The position numbers and the translations under genes are program-made. Below are positions 13,068-24,674 of a DNA stretch of 64,000 nt, piece after piece (position 1 is the first letter of the stretch; the number at the start of each line of letters is the position of its first letter). The DNA lies in contig OZ251247.1 in NCBI GenBank assembly GCA_965240325.2, forward strand, positions 62,001-126,000. Reading direction: 5' to 3'. The stretch comes from Rebecca billardiae RCC1528. Its lineage: Eukaryota > Protista > Haptophyta. The notes under the pieces were generated by a model. The model had not been told where the DNA came from, searched no databases, and saw only the letters and a list, made by a program, of their open reading frames with translations.

Positions 13068-14091
13068 GCGCCACGCCGCGTGCGCGCTCGCATCGGCCGT
13101 GCCGGAGGGTGCGGGGCGCAGCGGGCACGGCGGCAGCGGGCACGGCGGCGCATGGCGGCGCGCATCGCTCGGCCGGCGGCTGCTGCCTCCGAGCGCCGCG
13201 CCACGGCCCATGCATGCGGCGCCCATCCACGCCGCGGGGCGCGGGCGGCCGGGGTGGCCGCAACGCCCCAGCCGCCCCCGCCGCGCGCCTCGCGCTCACC
13301 GATGGGGCTGTCCGGTGCGCCGAGGCCGCCGCCTGCCCCCCCCCCTCTCTCTCTCTGTGCGCGGAGTCTCGGGATTCTCAGGAGTCCGGACTGACTGGGC
13401 TGACTGGGCTCGGCGTCATCACCATCACCACCATCGCGATGCGCTCGATCGTCGCGGTCGACATCTGTGCGGAGTCGCGCGACCGAATTCGATCGGGCTG
13501 GGCAGCTTGCTCGGGCGGCACACGGCGGCATCGCGCGGACGGAATGCTCAAAGCTGAGAATTATTCCCGGCCGGCGGCGGTAGTCCGGGCTGCCAACTCC
13601 CGGCCGTGCCGGCTGGCCGCGCGGGCAGCGCGGTCGTGCCGGCACTGGGCCGCGGGGCCGGCATGTATACGACGCGCGCGGCGCTATTATTATTCGCTGC
13701 TGCTGTGTCATCACATTCCGAAATATCGGGCCGTCGTATGGCGGGCCCAGGTGCCGCCGGTCCCGGCGGCCCCGCGCGTCGGGCCGGCCGGTCCGATCGA
13801 CGCGGACCGACGCGGACACGGCCGCGCCGCCGCCGGGCGGGAAATAATATAATATATAATATATATATATATATTATTTATTTAATTGCGACAGCAGCAC
13901 TGCTGGCACGGCCCGCCGAACCCCCCCGCCCGCCGCCCGGCCCCGGGCATACTACTAGACAACTAGTCGCGTATCACATCTGACGACAGCCGATCGAACT
14001 TACTAGGGCCGCGCGGTCGCCCGAGAGTCTGACTCGGCTGAGGCGTGCCGGTGGTCGTGGAGTTCAGATGGCGCGATCGGCAGCTCCTAGC

Positions 14092-15582
14092 TCACCTGTG
14101 CTCGCGCGAGGCAGCCACGCGCGGCAGCGGCTCGACGCGCCCGAGCCCCCACGCAGGCGCGCCGTACACCAGACTGTGGCCGGCCATGCTCAGGCCGCGG
14201 CCGAGTGCTGCCGACTGCTCGCCGCACGAGTGCACGCTGCCATCAGCAGTGAGGTACAGCGCGTGCTGAGGGCCAAAGGCGACGCTCTGCACGCGGGCAC
14301 TGGCAAGGGCTGGAACGGGCACGGGCACGCACACACCCGACCGTGCGGCATCGGGTGGCTGGCCGAGCTGCCCAAAGTAGTTGTCGCCGAACGTGTGCAC
14401 GCCGCCGTCCGCGTCCACCACCGCGCTGCTCCTGTAGCCAGCGCACGCTCGCACAGCGTTGACGCCAGCCAGGGCCTCGATGCGCTTGGGCAGCAGCTGC
14501 AACGTCCGGTCACCGTGGCCGAGGCAGCCGACACGCCCCTCCCCAAACGCGTGCACGCCGCCGCCCGCGTCCGCCACCAGGCTGTGCGCAGCGCCCGCGC
14601 TCACGTGCACGGCGCGCACGCCCGCGAGCGCCTCGATGCGCCTCGGCGTGTGCTGATCCTGCCAGTCGCCGTGGCCGAGACGGCCGTCCGAGCCAGTGCC
14701 GCACGAGTAGACGGCGCCTTGCGCAGAAAGGATCAGCGTGTGGAAAGTACCCGCAGCCACCCCGCCCACGCGCACGCTGTCCAGCGCCTCGATGCGCGTC
14801 GGCTCCCACCGGTCCTCCGTGTCGCCGTGGCCGAGCTGGCCGTCGTCGTTGTAGCCCCAGCTGTAGGCGCACCCAGCTGCGGTGAGCGCGAGGCTGTGGC
14901 AGCGGCCAGCCGAGATGGCGATGATGGGCTCGGTCGCGGGTAGCTTGACGAGAGCGAATACTGAAACCTGCTCCGCCGTGCCTCCCAGCCCGAGCTGGCC
15001 GTACCTGTTGTTGCCGCAGCCGTACACGGCGCCGGCCTCGCTCAGCGCGAGCAGGTGCCAGGCGCCAGTGGCCACCGCGACCACGCGCACCGCACAGAGC
15101 GAGGCGGCGTGCGTCGGTACGCGCACGGACGACATGCTCGGGTGGCCAACCGCCGCGTGCGCTCGCCACTCGCCCGTCGGCTGCCTGGTGACCCCGCCCC
15201 GCACCTCCTCCTCGCCGCACGTGTGCAGCCCGCCCTCCGCGTCCACAAACGCGCTGACGCCCCCGCCTGCCGCGACGGGGGATGCATGCGCGTTCGCAAG
15301 TTCGAGCACGCGCTCGCGCACGAGCAGCTCCTCCGTCCACGTGCGCACGCCCGAGGGCAGCGCCGGTGGCAGCGCGCGCGCGTGCCCGCGCGCGCGCGCG
15401 CGCTCGCGCAGCGCGCGCTCGACCGGCGAGCGGCCGCCGGGCGCGCCGCGGAAGATGCGCGAGGCGGCGTTAGCCACGGCGAGGTCACGAGGCGGCAGGC
15501 GCGCCACGATGCGCTCGATCAGCTCCGGCGGCAGCTCGCGCAGCCCGGGCGACGTCGCCCCCGCCGCGTCGTCGGTGGCCAT
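14092..15582 (-). CDS. F-box-like + RCC1/BLIP-II repeat beta-propeller protein, copy 1, intronless
   Basis: N-terminal LRELPPELIERIVARLPPRDLA, then repeated G-x-N-x-x-GQLGHGD...P-x-RIEAL...SAG-x-x-HSL blades in one ORF. Confidence 0.92.
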   Translation of the reverse strand: MATDDAAGATSPGLRELPPELIERIVARLPPRDLAVANAASRIFRGAPGGRSPVERALRERARARGHARALPPALPSGVRTWTEELLVRERVLELANAHASPVAAGGGVSAFVDAEGGLHTCGEEEVRGGVTRQPTGEWRAHAAVGHPSMSSVRVPTHAASLCAVRVVAVATGAWHLLALSEAGAVYGCGNNRYGQLGLGGTAEQVSVFALVKLPATEPIIAISAGRCHSLALTAAGCAYSWGYNDDGQLGHGDTEDRWEPTRIEALDSVRVGGVAAGTFHTLILSAQGAVYSCGTGSDGRLGHGDWQDQHTPRRIEALAGVRAVHVSAGAAHSLVADAGGGVHAFGEGRVGCLGHGDRTLQLLPKRIEALAGVNAVRACAGYRSSAVVDADGGVHTFGDNYFGQLGQPPDAARSGVCVPVPVPALASARVQSVAFGPQHALYLTADGSVHSCGEQSAALGRGLSMAGHSLVYGAPAWGLGRVEPLPRVAASREHR

Positions 15583-15641
15583 CGTAGTCGTCCACTGACG
15601 ATGCTCATCACGACCCGCCAGTCTGATCACCCGGAGCCCGC

Positions 15642-17128
15642 CACTGGGCGCAGGAATTTCGGGTGGGGATTTTCTTTTCCGAATATGTTGGTGATGCCGT
15701 CAGAGCACCACCAACCTCTGCCGCTGGCGGCTGCGCTGACAGCGCGCTGGGCGGCGCTGGAGGGGCGAGATGGGCGCCGACTGCGCGCCCTCCTGCGGTA
15801 GTTGCGTGCCCGCGAAGGCGGTGCGCGTGGTTGAGCGCGGCTGAAGAGCAGCCATTTGCGTCGTTCCACCGCTCGCCGTTCGGAATCACTGCATCCGCCG
15901 CGCCTCAGGCCATCGCGTGCGCCGCACCAACAAGGAAGTTGTGTGCATTCCTCGGCTGACTGCACGCGTGCCGCGAGCAGCGGCGTCGGCGTCCGGCACT
16001 TGGTTGCACTGGGCAATGTCCAGGTAGTTTATGCACGCGGCATCGCTCGTCACAGTACGCTGCCTGGCATACGCATCTGCACGGGTCACACAGCCGTCAA
16101 AAGGCATGATCGAGCATCACGCAGCGGTTGGCATCGACCTACGGCGAGGGTCGTGTGAGCATGCAAAGCACTGACATGCGCCCTTCTGGATAGTGATGTA
16201 GTGAGTACATTCCCGCGTGAAAGGAGCGCGCGCCATTCAGGCACCGGAAGCGGCGTCGGGGCTGGATGCTCACGTCTTAGGCAGGCTGATGCTGCCTTCC
16301 GGCTGCACGGGTGCGTCTATCAAGGCTGACCGTGTGTGCACGATGCGCACCGTCAAGTTCGACACGAACGTCCAGACGTGAGCTACTGCTTGACAAGGTA
16401 GTATACACACATTCATACACGCGCCATGTCATCCGAGGAGGCACATACACGCAGGCCATCATGGGCCTCGTTCAGGTATATTCTGCATCAGCACGCATGC
16501 ATGCACGTACTAGCTCGGGCCAAGATTGACGTCGGAGCACGAGTCAGGGAGTTCAATGCCGGGGCAGAGCTGGACAGCGGTCACGTGTGTGGCCACTCCG
16601 CGCGAGCGCACATGCTCCGCGTCACCGCATATCAGCATGGCGTGCGCTGCAACGTCATCGTCGGGCCAGAGCGCTTGTTCGACCAATCGGCTCGCATGAA
16701 TGATGCAATCAGCACACCTGAACGCAGCTGTTCGGACCCGCGCTCATGCGCGGCGGCGCAAGGTAGCGCAGTGCGTACAGCGTAGGCCTCGCCGCGCGGA
16801 AGCGCATGCTCTGTGTGTGTCTCGCCTCGCATGGCGCACGCGGGCGAGGCTGGCCGTGTGGCGGTGTGCACAGACAAGTGCTGGCCCGAGGCAAGTACAG
16901 CCGAATGCGATGCGCGGCGCGAAGCGGCGAATGGCACTTCAGCACGACTGCCCAGCCTAGCTCGCCGGCTCTGCGCTCGCGGGATCGTCCACACGCACGG
17001 GAGCGCGGCGCCGTCGCCCGCTCGCCCGAGACGCGCGCGTCCGCCGCGCAGCGCGCGGCTGAATAAATGCAAGGCGGAAATAAAAAGCGCGCCGATTTTC
17101 TCCGACCCTGGGTGCCGTGTCCCCAGTG
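15642..17128 (+). mobile_element. Non-autonomous element of about 1.49 kb with CACTGGG...CCCAGTG ends, copy 1
   Basis: Near-identical inverted copy at 55891-57384; short terminal inverted repeats; no convincing ORF; 59 bp upstream of the ATG of F-box-RCC1 copy 1. Confidence 0.85.
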
Positions 17129-17273
17129 GTGTATAAAAGGGGATTTTTAAAAGTATTGGTGGTAAATCCGGATCGATTGTACAGTCAAACCGTCGTAGTC
17201 GCGCAGCGCCACTCTGAACTCGTCACTGCTCGCCGCTCGGCACACTCCTCATTCAGTACTATACGTAATTACC

Positions 17274-17327
17274 CGGGCGTCAATCTCGCCTGCCTTAGCT
17301 GTGTGCGTCTCTTGTTCTAAGTAAACT
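17274..17327. repeat. Motif of about 50 bp shared with 49280-49335 and 63881-63926
   Basis: gggcgtcaatctcgcctgccttagctgtgtgcgtctcttgttctaagtaaact; two of the three copies lie 5' of minus-strand F-box-RCC1 genes. Confidence 0.8.
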
Positions 17328-17835
17328 ACTGCATCATAGAGCGTATGCTGATCGCAATAATATATATGAATCATGATATAGATGCTGATGCGCGCTATAT
17401 GTACCACGCGCTCGCTCGCGCCGTGTCATCAGCGCGGCTCGCGCGGTCGGCGCGCGGAGTGACGACGCCTGACGAGTGACGGCGCGGGCGGCACGCGGCG
17501 ATTCAGACTCATCTGAGAAATCCATCGCTCGCGCAGCGCATGAAGACAGAGCTGGCACCGCACGGGTCACGGCTCGTGACGCGCCGCGCGGGCGCGTCAT
17601 CTGCGCACGCACGGCTCCAGCCAGCCGCCGGCCGCCAGCCACGACGCGCCGCCTGGCGCGTGGCCTTGATGGTCGAGAAGGCGGCGGCTGCGGCTGCGGC
17701 TGCCGCCGCTGCCGCTGCTGCAGCGCGCGCGCGCGCCGGCCCGGCGGGGCGCTCGGCCGGCAGCGCGGCGCGGCCGCCGCCGCGGCCTTGCGGCGTGCCC
17801 TGCGCCCCGCGTGCGTGCGTGCGTGCGCGCGCGCC

Positions 17836-19305
17836 TCACTCCTTGAGCAGCGCGTCGATGTCGCCCTCGAGCACGTCTGCGAACGCCTTGAGGAAGGCGG
17901 CGCTGTCTGCGCCGTAGATGTGCCGGTGGTCGGCGGTCACGGTGACCGTCATCTTCTTGAGCACGCCGATGTTGCCGTTGGGCAGCGCGGAGACGACGGG
18001 GAGCGAGGCGCCGATCGCCATGATCGCGCCCGTGCCGGGCGGCAGGATCGCGCCGAAGCTGGACACGCCCATCATGCCCAGGTTGGACAGCGTGAACGTG
18101 CCGCTGGAGTACTCGTCCGGGCTGAGCGCCTTTGAGCGCGCGCGCGTCACCAGGTCCGCCCACGCGCGCGAGAGGCTGTACAGGTCGGTCTGGTCGGCGG
18201 CCTGCAGCGTGGGCGTGATCAGCCCGCCGTCCGGCATCGCCACGGCGACGGCGACGTTGATCGACGCCGGCTGCTCGATCCCGTCGGGCAGCACGTACTT
18301 TGCGTTCAGGACGGGCACCTGACGCAGCGCCAGCGCCGCCGCCTTTGCGAGCAGCGCGGTCGTGGTGACGCCCTTGGGCTTGAGCTGCGCGTACAGCGCG
18401 TCCAGCTTGTCCGTGCAGATGGAGCGCGAGGTCTGGAAGGTGGGCACGGACAGCGACCACTGCGCGCACGCACACACACAGGGGGGGGGGGGGGAGGGGA
18501 GCTGAGCTGAGCTGGGGCGCGTGGCCGCAAGGCCAGCCGCACACACACGCACACGCACCGGCGCGCGCACGCACGCACGCACGCACACACGCAAGCACGC
18601 ACGCACAGCAGCGCGCACGCGCACCTCCATGTTCTTGACGACGGCCTTCTGCAGCCCAGACATGGGCGTCACGCCCGCGGACACGGCGGGGGGCGCGGCC
18701 GCGCCGCCCTCCTTCTTCGAGCCGCCGCCCTTTGCCGCGCCGCCGCCGCCCGCCGGCGCGGGCGGCGGCGGCAGCTTGGCCGCCTTCTCCTCCGCGGCGG
18801 TGGGCTGCCCCAGCGCCTTGCGCACGTCATCGGCGGTGATGCGGCCGCCCAGCCCACTGCCCGCCACGCTGCCGAGGTCGACGCCGCCCGACTGCGCGAG
18901 CTTCTTGGCGAGGGGCGAGGCCAGGCCCTTCAGGTCGGACACGTACCCCAACGGCTGCGGCAGAGGCGCGCAAAGGCAGCGGCAGCGCGGCAGCGCGGCA
19001 GCGCGCGGCGGGGGCGGGGGCGCGCGCGCGCGGCTGAGCCGCTGCGCGCGCGCGCGGCCAGCGGCGCTCCACCGCGCGCCCGGCGCTGTGCGCGCGGGTG
19101 TGCGCGCTGTGCGCACCTTGGGCGCGGCCGCGGCCGCGGGCTTGGCGCCGCCGCCCGCCGCGGCGGCCTTGACGTCGTCCGCCGTGATCGCCCCGCCCGG
19201 CCCCGAGCCGCCCACGCTGCCAATGTCCACGCCGAGCTCCTCCGCCAGCTTGCGCGCAAACGGAGAGGCCGAGACGCGGCCCCCGGCCGAGGGGGCGGCC
19301 GCGGG

Positions 19306-19336
<31 letters not shown>

Positions 19337-21043
19337 GGGGCGGCGGGCGCGGCGGCGGGCGTGGCCGCGAGCGCGGCGCACTGGTTGCCGCTGCCCACCG
19401 CCTTTGCGTACGCCTGCACCGCCGGGATGTCCGCCTCAGACTTGGCGAGGAAGGCGACGGCGGCGCCCACCGGCGCGCTCTCGCCCTCGGGCGTCACGAT
19501 CGCTGCGGCGGTTACACGCCGTTACAAGCCGTTACGCACGCACACACGCGCACGCACGCACACACGCGGGGTGCACACGCGCGCGGGCGCACGCAGGCGC
19601 GCGCGGGTCGCGGTGGGGTCGAGGCCGGGTGAGCCGGCGCACCGCGCGTGCACGCCCTCTCTCTCTCACGCGCGCGCAGCCGCCCAGCCGCCCATCCGCC
19701 CCGCCACCCGCCACCCGCCCCGCGCCAACACGGCGGCAGCGCGCGAGCGCGCCCCGGCTGGGCGCCGCCGCGCCGCGCGCCGTGTGTGCGGCCGTGCCGC
19801 TGCCGCTGCCGCGCGCGGTGCGGCCTTGCCGCCGTGCGCCGCTGGGGCGCCGTGTGTCCGCGTGTGCGTGTGTGCGCGCGTGCGCGCGTGCGTGCCGCGG
19901 CGCACCCGCGACGAATCCATCCTCGAAGGACTCGACGTCCATGTCCGCCTTGTCCGACTCGACGACCAGCAGCGTCTCGCCCGACTCCACCTTCTCACCG
20001 ACGCCCTTCGCCCACTGCGTGATCCGCCCCTCCGTCATCGTGCTCGAGAGCGCGGGCATGCACACGTCCACCACGCCCGCGGGCGGCTCGGGCGCGGACG
20101 CGGCGGCGGCGGCGGGCGGCGCGGAGGGCGCGGCGGCGGGCGGGGCGGCGGCGGCGGCGGCGCCGCCGCCGCTCGCGACGGCCGCCTGGACCTTGGGGAT
20201 GTCGTCAGCGCTGCGCACGCGCGCCGCGCGCCGCGCGCCGCGCGTCAGCCGCGACGCCGCGCGGTACGCCGCGCTGCCGCGTCGCGCGCCGTGCCGCGCC
20301 GCGGTGTGCGGTGCGCGTGCGTGCGCGTGCGTGCGTGCGCGCGCGTGCGTGCGCGTGCGTGCGTGCGCGTGCGTGCGCGTGCGCTCACGAGGCAGCGAGG
20401 TAGCCGACAGGCGCGCCCACCGGCGCGCTCTCGCCCTCGGGCGTGACGATCGCTGCACGCCGCGCGCGCACGCGCACGCACACCCACACGGCAGGGCGGG
20501 CGCGAGCACCGCGCGTGAGCGCGTGCAGCCGGGCGCGCGGCCGGCCGGCGCGCCGCGGCCGGCGCAGCGCCGAGGGTTAGGCGCGGCGCGGCGCGGCGCA
20601 GCGCACCTGCGAGGTAGCCGTCCTCGAAGGACTCGACGTCCATGTCCGCCTTGTCCGACTCGACGACGAGCAGCGTCTCGCCCGACTCCACCTTGTCGCC
20701 CACGGCCTTCACCTGCCGCGCGCCGCGCGCCGCGCGCCGCCGCCGCCGGCTGTGAGCGCGCGCGCGCCGCCACGCGGCCGAGCGCGCGCGCGCGCGCGCG
20801 CACCCACTGCGTGATGCGGCCCTCGGTCATGGTGGACGAGAGCGCGGGCATCGCAATCTCCGTCCCGCCGTCGACCATCGACACGCGCGCCACGCCCGCG
20901 CGGCGCGTCGCCGCCCAGGGCGCGGCGGCGGCGCGGCGGGTGGCAAACGCGCTCGGCCCGAGCCGCAGCGCCGCGCACGGCTCGGGCGTCAGCATGGCGG
21001 CGGCGGCGAGCGCGCCGAGCGCGAGAGAGCTCGGGGTGTGCAT
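17836..21043 (-). CDS. DLAT: Dihydrolipoamide acetyltransferase (pyruvate dehydrogenase E2), plastid type, spliced
   Basis: Signal-like N-terminus MHTPSSLALGALAAAAML; two lipoyl domains (MPALSSTMTEG...VVESDKADMDVESF); two subunit-binding motifs (ASPFARKLAEELGVD, ASPLAKKLAQSGGVD); catalytic TFTLSNLGM and TADHRHIYGAD; GT-AG introns. Confidence 0.95.
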
Positions 21044-21237
21044 GGCGGTGCGCTGCGTGCGGCTGCTGCCGCGCCGCGCCTCACGCGCTCGCGTGCCCGT
21101 CGCGCGGCGAGAGTGTGGGTGCCGCACCGCGCCGCGAGATTGCGCCGCGCTGCTCGGTAATGACGTCGGAGGGGGCGCCGCCTGCGCAGTCCGGGCGGGC
21201 GCGTGGGCGGCCGAGAGTCCGGGGCGGCGTTCGCACG

Positions 21238-23240
21238 ATGGCGGCGCGGCTGACTCGGGTGCTTGGCTTTGCGCACGGCCCGATGGCGTGCGTCCCGACC
21301 GGAATGGCGCGGCGCCGCACCGCCCTCGCGCTCGGCGCGGCAGTGCTCGGCGGCGCGGCGTGCGCGGCGGCGCGCGCGCGCGGAGCCGACGCGCCCGCGC
21401 CCGCGCCGCCGCCCGCCGCCGCCGCCGCCGCCGCCGCGCTCGGCGCGCTCGGCGCGCGCGCGGGCGACGCGCTCGCGTGGGCGGCCGAGCGCGCCGCGGC
21501 CGCGCCGCCCGCCGCCGCGGCGGGCGCGGCGGTGCTGCTCGGCCTGGCGCTGGCGTACTGGGCGCTGTGGCCGCGCACGCCCGCGCTCTCCCTCCGCGGC
21601 AAGCACGTGCTCATCACCGGCGGCTCCACGGGCATCGGGTACGCGCTGGCGGCCGAGGCGGTGGCGCGCGGCGCGCGCGTGTCGCTGGTGGCGCGCACCG
21701 AGGCGAAGCTGGCGGCGGCGGCGCTCGAGCTGGAGAAGAGCGCGCGGCCCGCGCCGGACGGCACGCCCCCGCCCCGCCCCGTCGCGGCGTGGATGTCCGC
21801 GGACGTCACCGACCCCGCCGCCACGCAGGCCGCCGTGTCCGCGCTCGTGCGCGCGGTGGGACCTGTGGACGTCCTCGTCACGGCGGCGGGGGCGGCGGTG
21901 GTGCGCGCGGAGAGGGGGGGCGCGCGCCGCGCCGCGCCGTGCGGGGCGGTGCCGCGGTGCGCTGCGCGGCGCACCGCGCACCGCACGCCGGCGGTGTGAG
22001 GGCGGCCGCCCGCCCTCACCCTCGCCCTCGCCCCGCCGCCGCGCTGCCACCAGCACCACGCGCCCGCGCCCGCGCGCGCACGCGCCCTCGCCGCGCGCCG
22101 CGCACCGCCGCCCGACCCGAGGGCGCACGCCGTCCCCGCCACCGCCCACCCCCCTCCCCGCCCCGCAGCCGGGCTACTTCCTCGAGCAGCCGCCCTCCGT
22201 CTTCCGCGCGGCCATGGCGCTCAACTACCTGGGCACTGTGCACGCGCTGCAGGCGGCGCTGCCGTGCATGCTGCCGCAGCAGGGGCGGGGGCAGCAGCGG
22301 AGGGCGGTGCTCGTCTCGTCGGCGGCGTCCGCCATCGGCTTCCTCGGGTGAGACGCCGCGCGTCGGCGCGGCGGCGCGTGCCGTGTGCAGCGCGCGCGCG
22401 CGCTGCGGCTGCGAGCGCGCGCTGAGCCGCCCAGCCGCGCGCGCGCGCTCGGTGCGTCCGCTCGGTGCGTCCGCTCGGTGCGTCCGCTCGGTGCGTCCGC
22501 TCGGTGCGTCCGCTCGGTGTGTCCGCCCTCTGCGCGCGCCCCCCGCCCCGCTCCCGCCTGCCCCCAGCTACGCCTCGTACGCGCCGACCAAGTACGCCGT
22601 GCGCGGGCTGGCCGACTGCCTGCGCAACGAGCTGAGCGGCGTGCCCGGCCTGAGCGTGCACCTGTGCTGCCCGCCCGACACGGCCACGCCCGGCTTTGAG
22701 GCGGAGGAGGGCTCCAAGCCGGTGGAGAACAAGGCCATGTTCCCGCTCACCCTGCACCAGCCGGGCGCGGTGGTGCGCGCGGGGGGAGGGGGGCGCACGC
22801 GCGCGCGCGGGCCGCGGCGCGCACCCTTCGCCCCCGCCCTCGTCACCCTGCCTCCCCCCCTTCCCCTTCCCCTTGGGATTCCCCCTGGGATTCCCCTTGG
22901 GATTCCCCCTTGGGATTCCCCCTGGGATTCCCCCTGGGATTCCCCTTGGGATTCCCCCTGGCGCCCACTGCAGGCGCGGTGCGTGTGGGGGTCTCTGTGC
23001 GCCAGGGGCGCGCCGTACCAGCTGCCCTCGCCCGACCTCGTCAACGACCTGCTGCTGCGCTCCGTCGCGGGCGCCACCCCGCGCGCGCTGCCCCTGCTCG
23101 ACGCGGCGCTGTCCCCGCTGCTGCTGCTGCTCGAGGCGGCGGTGTGCCTGTGGATGGACCGCGTGGCGCGGCCGTACGGACGAAGGGCGGCGGAGGGCGC
23201 GCGCGCGGCGCAGGCGCCCAAGGGCGGCGGCACGCGCTGA
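21238..23240 (+). CDS. KDSR: SDR, 3-ketodihydrosphingosine reductase-like (KDSR/TSC10), spliced; in-frame alternative ATG at 21304
   Basis: TM segment then GKHVLITGGSTGIG, PGYFLEQ, NYLGTV, LVSS, catalytic YAPTKYAVRGLAD and the family-typical PPDTATPGFEAE..KP. Confidence 0.85.
22446..22525. repeat. Intronic 13-bp tandem repeat (CGCTCGGTGCGTC)n
   Basis: About 6 units in a KDSR intron. Confidence 0.85.
22870..22961. repeat. Intronic 12-13-bp tandem repeat GGGATTCCCC(C/T)T
   Basis: About 7 units in the last KDSR intron. Confidence 0.85.
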
Positions 23241-23951
23241 GCGCGCGTGCCGCGAGCGCGGCCCTGCGGGCGGGGTGGCGCGCGCGCGGCCTGCGGCGCG
23301 CGCCACCCGGGGCAGCGCGGTGGGCCTGGCCGAGGCGGCCTCGCGCGAGCGGCGCTGCGCGGGCGGCGCTCCTGCGCGCAGCGCCGCCCCGCGGCCGCCG
23401 AGCGGCACGCGGCGAGTTGCGCCACCGGCCGCCGGCCCCACGCCCACAGCGGCGGGCGTACGCCCGCAGCGGGCAGCCAGCGGGGCGGCACTCTGGGCGA
23501 GTGGCGGCGCGCGGGCTGCAGGCGGGCTGTGCCGGCGCGGCGGTGCGCTCGGCCTCGCAGCTCGCTCGGGACGAGTCCGGCCGGGCGCTCAGGGCCGCGC
23601 ATCGCGGCATATCGATCCTCAGACCATGAACGGCTGCCACCGCTGACGTGACGAGACCGTTATCGTCACGACGGATGACAGATATATATGGCGGCGCATT
23701 ATAATCGATGCACGCACTGACGATGGGTCGCAGCCGGCGCATATGCGCGTACGGCGTAGCCTCGCGTGCGCGAGTCACGGATGGCCCGGCGGCTGCCTGA
23801 CGATGTGATCAGCAGCGCACGACGTGCGCAACTGCTGACGACACTGATGATGCGTCTGCGGCATCATCAGAGTCGTGCGCGACTCGCTGACAACTTGGCT
23901 TTGTCGCGTCCGCGCGCGCCCTTACAGTACGCACTGTATACTGTGTATGTA

Positions 23952-24578
23952 TGGAGCGCTCGTTGGAACTCTCTTGACGCCGCCGGTTATTATTATTTTG
24001 CGCCCGCGCGGCGAGGGCGACGACGGGCGTACACGGGGCCTGCGGCGGCGGGAAGCGCGCGGGCGCGGCCGAGAACGGCACGGTCCGGACGCCTCTTGCC
24101 AGCCGCGGACGCGCACCGCGCCTCCTCCTCGCACGCTGCTAACTTGATCCGGGTTAAACGGTGGTTTTGCTGCCGACCAGCTCAAGTTCCACGGCTGGTC
24201 AAGGTTCGGCTTGCGACCTCGCCGCTGGTGCTTGCAAGAAGGTACACGAGTTGGTCGAACTCCCACGCACCCGCTCTGCGCTCGTCGACGCCCTCTGAAG
24301 GTGACTTGGGGTGCATGCGGGGCAGTGGAATGCAGTGGTTCGGCGTTGCCTCTCAGTCGTCCAGCGCGTAGGCCATGTAGCGCGGGTGTGGTGCACGCAT
24401 GGCCCGGTAATTCGGTCGCGGCAGCTCTGTCTGGGCTGCCCAAAGCCTGCCGCACCGCGAAGCGAGCGCTCAGGAGCGTGTGCCGACCGTGTCAGCCCCG
24501 CCGAGATGGGGCACTTCGCTGGAAATGCGGTGTCAAGTTCCACCCCCGCTCAAGTTCCAAGTTCCAACGAGCGCTCCA
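23952..24578. mobile_element. MITE-like element of about 630 bp with 19-bp perfect TIRs flanked by TA
   Basis: TA|tggagcgctcgttggaact ... agttccaacgagcgctcca|TA, with extra caagttcca motifs at about 24183, 24534 and 24551. Confidence 0.8.
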
Positions 24579-24674
24579 TACGGTAATCCATATTGCGCTT
24601 TCGCCGGTAGTCGCCCACCGTCGCCCACAGTGCCAAGGCGCGCGAACTCGCCCACCGCTCGGGCCGTGGACGCG

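Noticed and set aside
11630-13819. ORFs with poly-RQ, poly-RC or poly-A
   Set aside because: They are read-through of the intronic (GCCGCT)n array.
14092-15582. Calling the RCC1 genes UVR8 or RCC1 orthologues
   Set aside because: The UVR8 GWRHT motifs are absent and all copies carry an N-terminal F-box-like segment.
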